Shown here one piece after another: positions 6,113 through 16,150 of a stretch of DNA of 64,000 bases. This DNA is from a virus: positions 32,001 to 96,000 of IMG/VR virus record IMGVR_UViG_3300037222_000100; one strand, given 5' to 3'. The position numbers and the translations under genes are program-made. The notes beneath the pieces are model-generated. The model was given only the letters and a program-made list of their open reading frames with translations. It ran no database searches and was not told the origin of the DNA. Each line of letters begins with the position of its first letter. Positions within the stretch are counted from its first letter, which is position 1.

Positions 6113-6835
6113 CTACCGAACCTGGTCCACAAAACCAAGCTTGAGAGCGCTGTCGGCGCTCAGCCACCAGTCCTTACGGTTCCAGTTGCGCTTGATGAAT
6201 GCCTTCGTCGTTTTGTTGTTGATCGGCTGCGCACGCTCCGCAAAGATCGACAGGATGCGCTCGTGGAAGATGTCCACCAGCTTGATCCGGTCCTCGACCT
6301 CGCCGTAGGAACCAACGGCTCCGAATGACGCCTCGTGAATCAGGAGGATGGAGTTCTTTCCCATGATGCGGTTGTCCGCAGCCTGGAGGATGACTCCTGC
6401 CATCGATGCCGCCATGCCGAGAGTCACGATGTCGATCTCGTGTCCCTTCTGACGGAGGTCGCTGAGGAAATCGATGAGCGCGAAGCCCTCGACTACATCG
6501 CCTCCGGGAGAGTTGATCTGAATCTCGATGGCACAGCCAGGCGTCTGGCGTGTCCATGCGGTTAGCTGATCGATGCACGCCTTGACTGACGATTCACCGA
6601 CCGGCTGGTCGAACACGTAGACATGGTTGTGCGCGTTCTTTGCAAGCTCATCCTTCTCGACGCGCTGCTTTGCGCGGAGAACGATCTCCTGCTGCTCAGC
6701 CTCGGCTACCTGGACGCGTGTTTCAGCCTCGAAGAGCGTTGCCTGGGACTCTGCCGCCTGGGCCTCGGCCAAGAACTTCTTCTTCTCCTCCGCTGAGGGA
6801 GGACGACTTGTGGATGTTGCGGTGGAGCTTCCCAT
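6113..6835 (-). CDS. clpP: ClpP-like serine protease
   Basis: INSPGG, GMAASMA (catalytic Ser) and LIHE (His) motifs; N-terminal coiled-coil extension. Confidence 0.92.
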   Translation of the reverse strand: MGSSTATSTSRPPSAEEKKKFLAEAQAAESQATLFEAETRVQVAEAEQQEIVLRAKQRVEKDELAKNAHNHVYVFDQPVGESSVKACIDQLTAWTRQTPGCAIEIQINSPGGDVVEGFALIDFLSDLRQKGHEIDIVTLGMAASMAGVILQAADNRIMGKNSILLIHEASFGAVGSYGEVEDRIKLVDIFHERILSIFAERAQPINNKTTKAFIKRNWNRKDWWLSADSALKLGFVDQVR

Positions 6836-6972
6836 TCTCTTGCGCCTTCCTTTTCTCTTTCGGTGTTTGTCTACGGGTGCTGTGGCCGATTCTTTTGACT
6901 CCTCTGAAGGGGGCCAGCCAAGGAAACCAGTCTGACATGCTGCGCACTATAGCAGCTACGCGTCGCGTCCCA

Positions 6973-7212
6973 TCATGCTAGCGATACCGTCTTCATATGC
7001 GAGCGCTCTTGCTCACGAGTGCTGCGATCAGCGGTCGCCTTCTCTTGTGCCGCATCGATAGCCTGCGTTTCGGTATCCTCTGAGCCATCGCCGACCTTGA
7101 TGCTCTGCGACCAGCGCTCGCCCGCGCGCGTAGAGACGAAGACGTAGTAGTTCCATCGTCTGTTCTCAAGCTCGTACAACTTGACCTCGTAACGCAGGTT
7201 GTCGAGGCTCAT
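6973..7212 (-). CDS. hypothetical protein
   Basis: ATGA-coupled ORF. Confidence 0.65.
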   Translation of the reverse strand: MSLDNLRYEVKLYELENRRWNYYVFVSTRAGERWSQSIKVGDGSEDTETQAIDAAQEKATADRSTREQERSHMKTVSLA

Positions 7213-7511
7213 GGCTTGAAGACCACCACACGATCATCAGGGTGCTTCGCGAGCTTCTTGTCGAGGCCGTCCCAACGGAAAGGCTGCTCGCGCGTCACGT
7301 AGAACGTCTCGCCGCGTGCAGTTGCGACTGCCTGCAAGGTATCCTCGCTCGCGGTGAAGTCGATGTCTCCGTACCAGACGGGACGACGATCCTTGTCGAA
7401 CAGACAAGCATTGAAGAAGCAACGATGGCCCTCCGGACATTGCTTCATGCCATTGATCATCCGACCGCTGTGTAGACCAGCTTCCTCTAGGTCCTGGTTG
7501 AGCGTGCTCAT
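7209..7511 (-). CDS. hypothetical protein
   Basis: SD GGAGG; ATGA-coupled. Confidence 0.7.
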   Translation of the reverse strand: MSTLNQDLEEAGLHSGRMINGMKQCPEGHRCFFNACLFDKDRRPVWYGDIDFTASEDTLQAVATARGETFYVTREQPFRWDGLDKKLAKHPDDRVVVFKP

Positions 7512-7681
7512 GATCCCGAGCCTCCATCCTTTCCACGCGGGTGGTTGATGGGCGGCTTGTCGAGCGCGATGGGGTTCGGAGGCAACGTACGATACGCGGG
7601 CGCGTAGTCGCGGTTGTCAAGGAAATGCTGCCACCCTGAGGAGTCTCGCCGGATGGGTTTTGCTGAAGTTTTCTTGGTCAC
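7508..7681 (-). CDS. small hypothetical protein
   Basis: GTG 8 nt after a TGC-TACACT -10 box (leaderless); stop coupled to the next gene. Confidence 0.45.
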   Translation of the reverse strand: MTKKTSAKPIRRDSSGWQHFLDNRDYAPAYRTLPPNPIALDKPPINHPRGKDGGSGS

Positions 7682-7706
7682 CGCCGCGCAGTGTAGCACG
7701 TCGAGA

Positions 7707-9416
7707 CTAGACTCCGCAAGCGCCGCCTTTGCATGCATCATCGCGATTGTCATCGAAGGTCACGCCGGTCATCCCAACAGCGTGCTCATATGGCACGGCC
7801 TCAAGTGGCTGGCCTGCACGCGTGCCGTCCGGGTAGCAGGTGATGCCACGCAGACGGGGCAGGTACTCCATCAGCGTCTCGCCGAACTGCTTGACCTCCT
7901 GCTCGTCCGTAATCGCGTACGGAAGATTGATCGTGCTAGCGATAGCGTGATCCACGTACCCCTGAAGGTCGGCCTGGAAGCGCAGGCGGCGCTCGACGTT
8001 GTAGCTCAACGAGTAAGCATCCTCGATCTGATCCGGATCGATGCCCTTCTCCTCGATCAGATGATGAGCGATAGGGTCGATGACGTACTGGAACTTCCAA
8101 CGCATGTCCGTATCGAGAAAGCGTCGTTTGTAAGCCACGCAGAAGAGGGGCTCACAACCCGTCGTGGTTTCACCGATGATCCCGATGGTGCCAGTCGGAG
8201 CGATGGCCCGTGTCTTGATCGGTCGGCTCAGGTTGTGCTTGTCAGCCCACTCTGCCGCCGTGTCAGTCGAGCCCGCATAAACCTCTAGCCATTCACGTAG
8301 CTCAGGTACCATCTCGTAGCGATACCCGCGCACGAGAAGCCACTCGTGTAGACCCATGAGCCCGAGGCCGAGGCGTCGGTTCTTCTCGCGCGTTACTCGG
8401 ACCTCATCGTGGGGGATGTCAGAGTAGACGGTCCCCGCGATGAGGAAAAGGGTTGCGAGTCGAACGATCTCTCGGAACTCATCGAGCGTCTCAACGCGAG
8501 CCATGTTGATCGAGCCGAGGTTACAGACATCGCTGTCATCCGCACTCGTGATCTCGGTGCAGGCGTTGCGCAGGTTCTCGCCCTCGTTCTCGCCGCAGTC
8601 GATGGAGAAGCCGGGCTCTCCGTGCGCGACCATGTGGGCCGTCGCCTTCCAGTAGACCTCGTGCGCTAGGTCGTGGCGAGGATGCCCATCGTCGCGGTAC
8701 GCCTCGAAGAATTCGTCATCCAAGATGACCGATATGTTGGTCATGTCGAGCGGAGCCATCACGTCCTGGTCTTTGCCTTCTTCGACGGCCTGGCGCTTCA
8801 TGTCCTTCACGTAGTCCGGCCAATCCTTCTCCACGATCCACGAGAAGATGTCCGGGTGGTTCCAGTGAAGCCCTGCCCAGATCGCGGCGCGTCGATTGCC
8901 TCCGCCGATGATCCTACGAGCAGCGTCGTTGACCATGTTGGCTGGCGTGAGCGGGCCGGTCGCTATGCCGCCCGTCTTGCGGATGCGCGTTCCGTATGGG
9001 CGCACGTCGGAGTACACCACGCCGATGCCTCCACCCGAGGAAAGAGCCATGCCGCACTTGGGCAGTAGCTCTTGGAACCATCCCTCGCGCGAGTCGCGGC
9101 AACGATAGAGGAAGCAGTTGTTGGTCTGGTGGTACTGGCGTCCAGCTTGTGCAAGCTTGCGGCCTCCAGGGATGACGATGCGTTCGGTGATCAGTTGGAC
9201 GAGACGCCGGAACTCCCAGTCGTGATCCGTGTAGCCAAGTGCGCCAAGTTCATGTCGCACAACGCGATAGGACGTGTCCGGCCAAATCTCTGTCGGCTCC
9301 CCATCCTCGTCCTTCCACGAGTACTTGTCGAGGTACTGCTTGTGAGCCCACTCGCTCATCATATCTGCATCTGCAAATTCAAAACCCGCCTCGGCGGGTA
9401 GTAATGCTGCCTCCAT
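7707..9416 (-). CDS. nrdJ: class II (B12-dependent) ribonucleotide reductase
   Basis: NNCF, GGGIG, NACTEI, CNLGS, APTGT and a C-terminal CxxxxC; no small subunit gene nearby. Confidence 0.9.
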   Translation of the reverse strand: MEAALLPAEAGFEFADADMMSEWAHKQYLDKYSWKDEDGEPTEIWPDTSYRVVRHELGALGYTDHDWEFRRLVQLITERIVIPGGRKLAQAGRQYHQTNNCFLYRCRDSREGWFQELLPKCGMALSSGGGIGVVYSDVRPYGTRIRKTGGIATGPLTPANMVNDAARRIIGGGNRRAAIWAGLHWNHPDIFSWIVEKDWPDYVKDMKRQAVEEGKDQDVMAPLDMTNISVILDDEFFEAYRDDGHPRHDLAHEVYWKATAHMVAHGEPGFSIDCGENEGENLRNACTEITSADDSDVCNLGSINMARVETLDEFREIVRLATLFLIAGTVYSDIPHDEVRVTREKNRRLGLGLMGLHEWLLVRGYRYEMVPELREWLEVYAGSTDTAAEWADKHNLSRPIKTRAIAPTGTIGIIGETTTGCEPLFCVAYKRRFLDTDMRWKFQYVIDPIAHHLIEEKGIDPDQIEDAYSLSYNVERRLRFQADLQGYVDHAIASTINLPYAITDEQEVKQFGETLMEYLPRLRGITCYPDGTRAGQPLEAVPYEHAVGMTGVTFDDNRDDACKGGACGV

Positions 9417-9713
9417 CTAGGTGCCTATCTGTCGTGATCCGGTGCCAGTTATCGTTCGCCCACCACGATAGCAACGTGGGTAGCTGGCCTGCTACCCCGG
9501 CACAAAAATCTGGAGGCAAGATCGGCCTGCTAATATCGCGCGCACGCCCGAAAACGCTTTGTATAGATAAGGACAGCAGCCTGAATTCCCATTGGTCCTC
9601 TCCCGAACTCGTGGCCCACCGCTCCACAAGACGGCCCTAGCTAGATTCTTCAGCCTGAACTAGGAAGACTCGCGATTCACGCGCGAAGCTAGGCTGCTAC
9701 ACTGTCGCTCGAA

Positions 9714-10028
9714 ATGTCGCTAATCATGACGCAGAGATGTCTTTCGGCCGAGCCTTGGTTCGTGGTCGAGGTTCTATCTCAGTTGAAGGAGGGGGTCGTT
9801 TACAAGGTCTTGGTTCCCTACCCTGATGATCCGATAGATGAACTCACTTGCGAATGTCCAGGCTTCGTTTTTCGAGGGGCGTGCAGACATCAGGATGAGG
9901 TCTTTGAGACGTTGTGTCGATGGACCTCAGTCGAGGGACCGGAGGCACAGACCGTTGACCAGAGACGCAAACACATCTGTCCTCGATGCGGTGGCGAGAC
10001 AAAGAGTGAGGCCGAGTGGGTGCTATAG
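9714..10028 (+). CDS. SWIM zinc-finger protein
   Basis: CECPGF...CRH plus CPRC. Confidence 0.75.
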   Translation: MSLIMTQRCLSAEPWFVVEVLSQLKEGVVYKVLVPYPDDPIDELTCECPGFVFRGACRHQDEVFETLCRWTSVEGPEAQTVDQRRKHICPRCGGETKSEAEWVL

Positions 10029-10036
10029 TCGCAGCC

Positions 10037-10669
10037 ATGGACCTCGACACGATCACCACCAAACTAGGCAAGGTTTACCGCACCAGCAAGGACTCCGAAA
10101 AGGAACTCAAGGTTGAGAGACAGGAGTTCTTCAAGGCTTGCACGGAGGCCGTCGAAACCGATTACACGCTAGCCCAGAAGACGATCAAAATCCCTCCTCA
10201 TGGACAGGGAGATGTCGAGGCGTACATAGCAAAGTGGTATCCGGGTTGGCAGATCATTACTGCCAAGGCCAAGACGGCAGTGATCGAGGAGGACCCGGCG
10301 TATCAGAAGTTCATCCATGTCAACCTCACGGACGGTCAGGTCTACAACCGCAACGTCACGCAAGCAACCGACTCCTTGGATGACGAGTTGCTTCAGGCGA
10401 AAGACCCAACCCTATGGAATCGCATCACTCGACCTTCGATGGCGCGGTTCAATTGTCTCCTGGAATTCGAGGAGTGGGCCGATGATGAGGTCATCAAAGG
10501 ACGAGTCAAGGATTTCCTCGCGACGCAAGAAGAGAAGCGCGAACTCATCTCCCTCGATGAGCTATCCGAGAAGGATATCGATGCGTTGGCTGAGTACGTC
10601 GTGCCTGGTCCTTTGTCGCTCAAGCTAGAACCCGTCCGCAAAGCAAAGCCGAGTGAGTTGGATGGCTAG
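10037..10669 (+). CDS. hypothetical protein
   Basis: Long ORF in the operon; start at MDLDT chosen. Confidence 0.7.
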   Translation: MDLDTITTKLGKVYRTSKDSEKELKVERQEFFKACTEAVETDYTLAQKTIKIPPHGQGDVEAYIAKWYPGWQIITAKAKTAVIEEDPAYQKFIHVNLTDGQVYNRNVTQATDSLDDELLQAKDPTLWNRITRPSMARFNCLLEFEEWADDEVIKGRVKDFLATQEEKRELISLDELSEKDIDALAEYVVPGPLSLKLEPVRKAKPSELDG

Positions 10670-10672
10670 CTT

Positions 10673-10966
10673 GTGCGCACCACTACCCGCACAAACTGGC
10701 GATTCAGCTTCACAATTTCGGACCTGGGCCGCTTCCTATGCAAGAGCCCGGTCACATTGCGAGGATGGGAGAGCCGGGGATTCATTGCGATCCCTCGCGA
10801 CTCTTCTGGAGATCGAAGACTCACCACCGACGACATCAGACACATCTCAGAGCACGCCTACGCCAATCGACGCATCAGCAAGCATCGAGCAGAGCTAGTC
10901 GCTGCTACGATGACGATGGTCGAGATGATCGAGCACGAAAACAACCGGAAAGCCAAACAACGATGA
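10673..10966 (+). CDS. MerR-like HTH DNA-binding protein
   Basis: FTISDLGRFL..SPVTLRGWESRG.I...R...GDRRLT pattern. Confidence 0.75.
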   Translation: MRTTTRTNWRFSFTISDLGRFLCKSPVTLRGWESRGFIAIPRDSSGDRRLTTDDIRHISEHAYANRRISKHRAELVAATMTMVEMIEHENNRKAKQR

Positions 10967-11196
10967 ACGACGAGCGAGCGATGAAGATTTTCAGTGACGG
11001 GACCCGCTTCGGCACGAAGGTCTACGTGGTGGACGGGAAGCATCTGGTCGAGGTCCCGTACGTACAGCGCGTCTCTTGGGAGTTGGATGTCGAGACGGGC
11101 CTCGCTACAGCTACGCTTACATGCGTCAAAGTCGAAACAGATGTCGAGGTCGAGGTCGAGGGTAAGCGCGTCATTCACAACGAGGTCAGCCGATGA
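10963..11196 (+). CDS. hypothetical protein
   Basis: ATGA-coupled on both ends. Confidence 0.65.
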   Translation: MNDERAMKIFSDGTRFGTKVYVVDGKHLVEVPYVQRVSWELDVETGLATATLTCVKVETDVEVEVEGKRVIHNEVSR

Positions 11197-11828
11197 AGAT
11201 CGCATTGCTAGGGGCACCGGGAGCAGGCAAGAGCACCTTTGCTACCAAGTTGGCCACCGCCCTTCGTGAGCAGAAAGGCGAGGTCAAACGACAGACGGTG
11301 AAGATCGTGGACAAGTACGTAGATCGTCTCATCAAGGACACGGGCTACGCCTACGGCATATTCGCTACCTATCCCCAGAACTTCCAAATCCTTTTTGAGC
11401 GCTGGAGTGCTGAACAACGAGCAGAAAACGCTGGGGCTGAGACGATCATCACCTGCGGCTCGTTGTACGAGACGGTCTTGTACACAGCGTTGCGGGTCAA
11501 CTCGAATGTCGCCCTCAAAGAGGACCAGGAGTTGATCGTACACGGGCGCGTAGCCATGGAAGCCCTTGGTATGATCGAGAAGGAGATCGCCGATCACGAC
11601 CTGCTCTTCTTCCTCCCGTACAGCGAGAAGACATTGGCTGTCAAGGGTCGCTCATATGACACGGTGATCAATGAGAAGATACCGGAGGTCGTCTCCGGAT
11701 ACTTCAAGAATCTCGTTGCGCTCGACGGAACTTCCAAGAAGAAAGTCAAGGATGCCCTCAGAACCATCGACGCTTATGCCGCGTGGGCGACCGAAGTCGC
11801 TTCCGCTGATGAGCAACCAGCAATTTGA
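11193..11828 (+). CDS. P-loop kinase (NadR/AAA_28 or nucleotide-kinase like)
   Basis: N-terminal Walker A GAPGAGKS. Confidence 0.75.
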   Translation: MKIALLGAPGAGKSTFATKLATALREQKGEVKRQTVKIVDKYVDRLIKDTGYAYGIFATYPQNFQILFERWSAEQRAENAGAETIITCGSLYETVLYTALRVNSNVALKEDQELIVHGRVAMEALGMIEKEIADHDLLFFLPYSEKTLAVKGRSYDTVINEKIPEVVSGYFKNLVALDGTSKKKVKDALRTIDAYAAWATEVASADEQPAI

Positions 11829-12600
11829 TGAAGTCGATACGCTGATTACAGCGTCTCCCACGAAGAAGAATGAATGCCCGACCTGCGGAGCCAAGGCCGT
11901 CGAAGTTGCTCCGGGCGTCACCCAATGGGCACCGAGTACCTACCGCCTCAACGGCGAGGAGCATCTCTGTAACTGTGAAGAACAGGAGACGCTGTTCCGA
12001 CACTACCTCCTAGCGCGCATCCCGCAGGAGTACATGACGCTCTCGTTGAAAGAGTACACGGGAGACAAGGCTGCTCTCAAGGTAGTGAAGAGCTACCTGG
12101 AGAACTGGTCCAACATGCGCAAGCATGGCCTGAGCCTGGGCTTCTATGGAGAGCAGGGCACAGGCAAGACCTTCCTCGCTACCTGGCTCGCGCGAGAGCT
12201 AATCAAGGCCGGTGAGTCTGTGTACTACGTCTACTTTCGCCAGGTCGTCAATACCTTTGAGCTACCGTACGAGGCGCGCAAGGATGTGGAGGATCGTCTA
12301 CGTGATTGCACCGTGCTAGTATTGGATGAGCTTACTCGACCGATCTCGGATGCGCAACGCGCGTTGTTCGGAGAGAAGTTCGAGGAGTTGATCCGGCACC
12401 GGAGCAACTACAACAAAGTCACGATGATCACAACGAACTTGACGCCGGATGAGCTTGGCAAGGTGTACCCGCGTACGTATTCCCTCTTGGCAGCCAAGGA
12501 GAAGCCCGTCAACGTCAATGGTGGCGACAAGCGTAGGGAAAGCATCGGAATGCTGAACATTGAACTAGCGGAGAACGGAGAGGTAAGGCCAATCACATGA
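11809..12600 (+). CDS. DnaC/IstB-like helicase loader ATPase
   Basis: CPTC..CNC zinc motif, GEQGTGKT, VLVLDEL, TMITTN. Confidence 0.88.
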   Translation: MSNQQFDEVDTLITASPTKKNECPTCGAKAVEVAPGVTQWAPSTYRLNGEEHLCNCEEQETLFRHYLLARIPQEYMTLSLKEYTGDKAALKVVKSYLENWSNMRKHGLSLGFYGEQGTGKTFLATWLARELIKAGESVYYVYFRQVVNTFELPYEARKDVEDRLRDCTVLVLDELTRPISDAQRALFGEKFEELIRHRSNYNKVTMITTNLTPDELGKVYPRTYSLLAAKEKPVNVNGGDKRRESIGMLNIELAENGEVRPIT

Positions 12601-12878
12601 GCACCAAGGACGAACGGATACAAGAACTGAGTGCCGACCTGGACCAGGCCGAAGGCGAAAAGGAGGAAGGCGACCTCGCGTTGGCTCAAGCTGAGGCGGA
12701 GATCGAGTGCTGGCAGGAGGAGGTTGATCGACGTGACGAGGACAACGAAGTCATGAAGGACCTCGCTCACGCGTCTATCAATTTCGCTTACGCGATACAC
12801 AAAGCCGCGAACCACGCTCTTCAGCGCGAGCTACTCGATGCCTTCGGAGTGGAGCTAGCCGATGTTGATGAGGGCTAA
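12597..12878 (+). CDS. acidic coiled-coil hypothetical protein
   Basis: Coupled ORF with SD GAGGT. Confidence 0.65.
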   Translation: MSTKDERIQELSADLDQAEGEKEEGDLALAQAEAEIECWQEEVDRRDEDNEVMKDLAHASINFAYAIHKAANHALQRELLDAFGVELADVDEG

Positions 12879-13542
12879 GACTCATCGGCGCATCCTGGGC
12901 GAAGCCGCGCACGATCATCAGAAGCAACTGAACGGATGTCGCGCTGACCTCGCAACGCGGGATGCTCGCATTCGTGAGTACGTCAAGCTGGAGAGTAATC
13001 CTGAGGCCATCGCACGATGGACAAGTCCTGATGGCAAGCGTGTACTCAACGATCTTCAGTCGGCGCTGCGCCTGATCCAGGAATACCAGCGCTCGCTCTC
13101 TGTGGTCCTTGCTGCAGACCCTCACTATCGAGAAGCCGATGCTCTCTTGGAGCAATGGGGCATGAAGGGGGACCCGGCCAAAGTAGTGGCGGGCTTCCAG
13201 AACATCCAGACTCCGCCCTCCGTGATCGAGGTCAACGAGCGAGGCAAGGCGGTAAGTTCTCGTCGCGATGTGGTCACCGGAGCCTGCGAGCCTATCGTAC
13301 GCGCCCACGTTGGGAACGAGGAAGAGATCGAGAAGCGCACGCAGGGCGACGCCGCACTCTATGGTGACCAAGCCTACGGACAGGAGACTGCGACCCTCGT
13401 GGCCGAGCGCACGCCAGAGGGAGATCGTCTGTACTTCGTTCGCAAGGATGAGCAGGTCCCAGAGGACGTGCAGGCGGCGCGAGCTACGACCGCATGCGCT
13501 CCGGGTTCAGGGCAGGTCGAAGTTGACGATTCGCCCAAGTAG
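12868..13542 (+). CDS. hypothetical protein
   Basis: Long ORF overlapping the upstream stop. Confidence 0.65.
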   Translation: MRAKTHRRILGEAAHDHQKQLNGCRADLATRDARIREYVKLESNPEAIARWTSPDGKRVLNDLQSALRLIQEYQRSLSVVLAADPHYREADALLEQWGMKGDPAKVVAGFQNIQTPPSVIEVNERGKAVSSRRDVVTGACEPIVRAHVGNEEEIEKRTQGDAALYGDQAYGQETATLVAERTPEGDRLYFVRKDEQVPEDVQAARATTACAPGSGQVEVDDSPK

Positions 13543-13559
13543 TCTGCTAGCGTAGACTT

Positions 13560-14783
13560 GTGCCCAACCTCGACCCTGACAAAGAGCTACTCTCTCATCT
13601 GCCAGACTCCGATTCGTGGTTGGTGCTACGGGCAGAAGGCTTCCGCGATGTCCTGATTCAGGACGAGGAGATTCGGGAAGTCTACCAGTGGGCGGACAAC
13701 CATCTGCGCGAGTATGGCGAGGTAGCAACGGCCCTTGTCCTGGAGGATGAGTTCGACATCGAGTTCACGGAGCCGCAGACGGCTATCGGTGATCTCATCG
13801 ACCGCATGCGCCTGCGGTACATGCACAACGAGGGGCGCGAGGCGCTCAAGGCGATCACCCAACAGTACAAAGAGGATGCATCGCTTGTCCCGAAGCTCCT
13901 CCTCCGTCACGGCAAGGAGCTAACCGAACTCCTCACTCGACGCGGCGAAACGTACGGCAACGGAGACTTCGAACGTGCGATCCAGCGCTACCTCGACAGA
14001 GCGACTCAGGGCGTCGGCCCGAGCTTTGGATTCGAAGAGCTAGACGAGTACTTCCATGGAATGCGAGGCGTGTCCATCTACCTGGGTCCCCCCAAGACCT
14101 GGAAGAGTTGGTTCATGGTCAAAGCTCATCTCTCGAATGCCATCGCAGGCAAATACCCGTGGCTCTTTTCTCTGGAGCTTCCGGCCGAGGAAACCTACCT
14201 GCGCACATGCTGCATGATGGCTGACATACCATGGTGGAAACACACCCACAATGCCTTGTCTCCTGACGAGCGGAAGCTGATGGACGAGGCCATGATGGCA
14301 CTTGACAGCGAAGGGGCGCACAAGATCATGAAGCCCCCGCAAGGCGAGCGCTCGCTGGAGGAGATGGTCGGCCGTGCCAAAGACAATGGAGCCGGGGTCG
14401 TCCTCATCGATCAGCTTCAGTACGTCGAGGTTGATGGCAAGTCTCTCGGTGCTTGGAACAAGACCGAGAAGTACTTCGATGTGCTCGACCATGCACGCAA
14501 CTTGTCCGACGAGATACCGATCTGCTTCGCCCATCAGTTCAATCGCACGACACTCAACGCCGAGGAGATGCCGGTTGTGCAGCAGGCCAAGGGATCGTCT
14601 GCCATTGAGGAGACATCGACCGTGGTCCTGGGACTCTGGGCCAGCAAAGACATGCGCAAGTCGGGGCTCATGGAAATCGGAGTGCTCGCGGCGCGCAATC
14701 ACAACTTCCGCAATTGGAGGGTGGATGTCGATCTCTCGAAACGATGCAGCTTCGAGATTACAGGAGTCGTAGAGGATGACTAG
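13560..14783 (+). CDS. dnaB: DnaB-like replicative helicase
   Basis: Walker A variant GPPKTWKS, FSLE, LIDQLQ, HQFNR, SSAIEE, ARN. Confidence 0.88.
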   Translation: MPNLDPDKELLSHLPDSDSWLVLRAEGFRDVLIQDEEIREVYQWADNHLREYGEVATALVLEDEFDIEFTEPQTAIGDLIDRMRLRYMHNEGREALKAITQQYKEDASLVPKLLLRHGKELTELLTRRGETYGNGDFERAIQRYLDRATQGVGPSFGFEELDEYFHGMRGVSIYLGPPKTWKSWFMVKAHLSNAIAGKYPWLFSLELPAEETYLRTCCMMADIPWWKHTHNALSPDERKLMDEAMMALDSEGAHKIMKPPQGERSLEEMVGRAKDNGAGVVLIDQLQYVEVDGKSLGAWNKTEKYFDVLDHARNLSDEIPICFAHQFNRTTLNAEEMPVVQQAKGSSAIEETSTVVLGLWASKDMRKSGLMEIGVLAARNHNFRNWRVDVDLSKRCSFEITGVVEDD

Positions 14784-15057
14784 AATCCCTGCGCGCATTA
14801 TCCGACGCAAGGCTTCGGATGATCCTACGCCGATTCCTAACTGGATGGACGACTCCGAACAAGTTGGTCCCTGTCCCTGCGGCGAGCCATTCGATCCCGA
14901 CGATTGCATTGTGGTCGAAGGCGACGCAGAACTAGCTCGCTGGTTCCATGAGGAGTGCATCAATTGGTTGGAGTATGAGATGACAGACGAGGAACTTGAG
15001 GCCAAACGAGAGTATGAAGAGTACCGACGCCTCATGGACGAGGACGACGATGAGTAA
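14776..15057 (+). CDS. hypothetical protein
   Basis: CPC..HEEC motif; coupled ORF. Confidence 0.6.
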   Translation: MTRIPARIIRRKASDDPTPIPNWMDDSEQVGPCPCGEPFDPDDCIVVEGDAELARWFHEECINWLEYEMTDEELEAKREYEEYRRLMDEDDDE

Positions 15058-16144
15058 ACGCCCTGTAAAGTACAGCACCTTCGCTGATCAGATCGATGTG
15101 GACGCCTTCGAGGAAGCCATCGACTTCGAGCCCCTAGATCATCTCAAGGGTGAGGATGTGGGCTATTGTCCCGATCTCTGGGGCATGCATAAGCACGGTG
15201 ACTCTACCGGTAAGTTCGCGATCAACCGCGAGAAGCGCGTCTATCACTGTTGGGTCTGCGGTGGAGGTAACTTCCTGTCGCTCGCGATGGAGTTCTTGGG
15301 CGAAGATGAAGAGGCCGCGACCGAGTGGCTCAAGCAATTCGCGCACGGGGACATCCGCTCTGACTCTGATTTCGCCGACGACATCCTCGATGTACTGGCC
15401 AAGCACGAGGCTCGCAAAGCGGAACGCATGCCCTACTTCAATGAGCATGTCCTGGGTCAGTTCGATGCCAAGGGAGAGGACCATGTGTTCTTCAAGGAAT
15501 GGTGCGCTAGCCGAGGCATCGACTACTCCGTCATGGTCACCCACAAACTGGGCTACAGCAGCAGCCATAGGCGTTCGGCCCCCTTGGAAGGCGGCGAGAA
15601 AATCGATGACGACTTCTTTGGACGCGTAGCGGTCTTCCCCCACTACTGGGAAGGACGGCTCGTCGGATGGCAGCAGCGGTGGATAGACTTCAGCAAGGAT
15701 GATCCGGACTGGCCCAAGTGGCTGCCCAAGTACACGAACACGAGCGACTTTCCGAAAACGACGACGCTTTACAACTACGTTCACGCTCTCAAGAGCAGCG
15801 AGAAGGTGGTCGTGGTCGAGTCTGTACCAACCGTCCTCTTCCTAGAGAGCATGGGGGTCAATGCCGTAGCCACATTCGGTTCCGGCGCGGTTGAGAGCCA
15901 ACTGCGTCTCTTGCGCGACTTCACACAGGGCGTCATCATCGCCCCAGACAACGATGCTCCGGGTGAGAAGTTCGCGCAGGGCGCGACCCAATATCTAGAG
16001 CGCTACGTCGAGGTCACTGTACTGCCCCCAGTCAAGCTCAAACCAGGTGCAGACCTAGGCGACTACATGGACGTGGATGATCCCGTGGACGCCCTCTACG
16101 ATCACTTGCAAAAGGGCGAGGTTTCGGGCCTCTCCGTAGAGTAG
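15050..16144 (+). CDS. dnaG: DNA primase
   Basis: CP..H...HCWVC zinc finger, KYTN, TOPRIM VVE..DND. Confidence 0.9.
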   Translation: MSKRPVKYSTFADQIDVDAFEEAIDFEPLDHLKGEDVGYCPDLWGMHKHGDSTGKFAINREKRVYHCWVCGGGNFLSLAMEFLGEDEEAATEWLKQFAHGDIRSDSDFADDILDVLAKHEARKAERMPYFNEHVLGQFDAKGEDHVFFKEWCASRGIDYSVMVTHKLGYSSSHRRSAPLEGGEKIDDDFFGRVAVFPHYWEGRLVGWQQRWIDFSKDDPDWPKWLPKYTNTSDFPKTTTLYNYVHALKSSEKVVVVESVPTVLFLESMGVNAVATFGSGAVESQLRLLRDFTQGVIIAPDNDAPGEKFAQGATQYLERYVEVTVLPPVKLKPGADLGDYMDVDDPVDALYDHLQKGEVSGLSVE

Positions 16145-16150
16145 AGGTCA

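Noticed and set aside
6723-6938. Leaderless 71-aa ORF upstream of clpP
   Set aside because: It has a good -10 box but overlaps clpP by 113 nt in another frame, so it was not supported enough to list as a feature.
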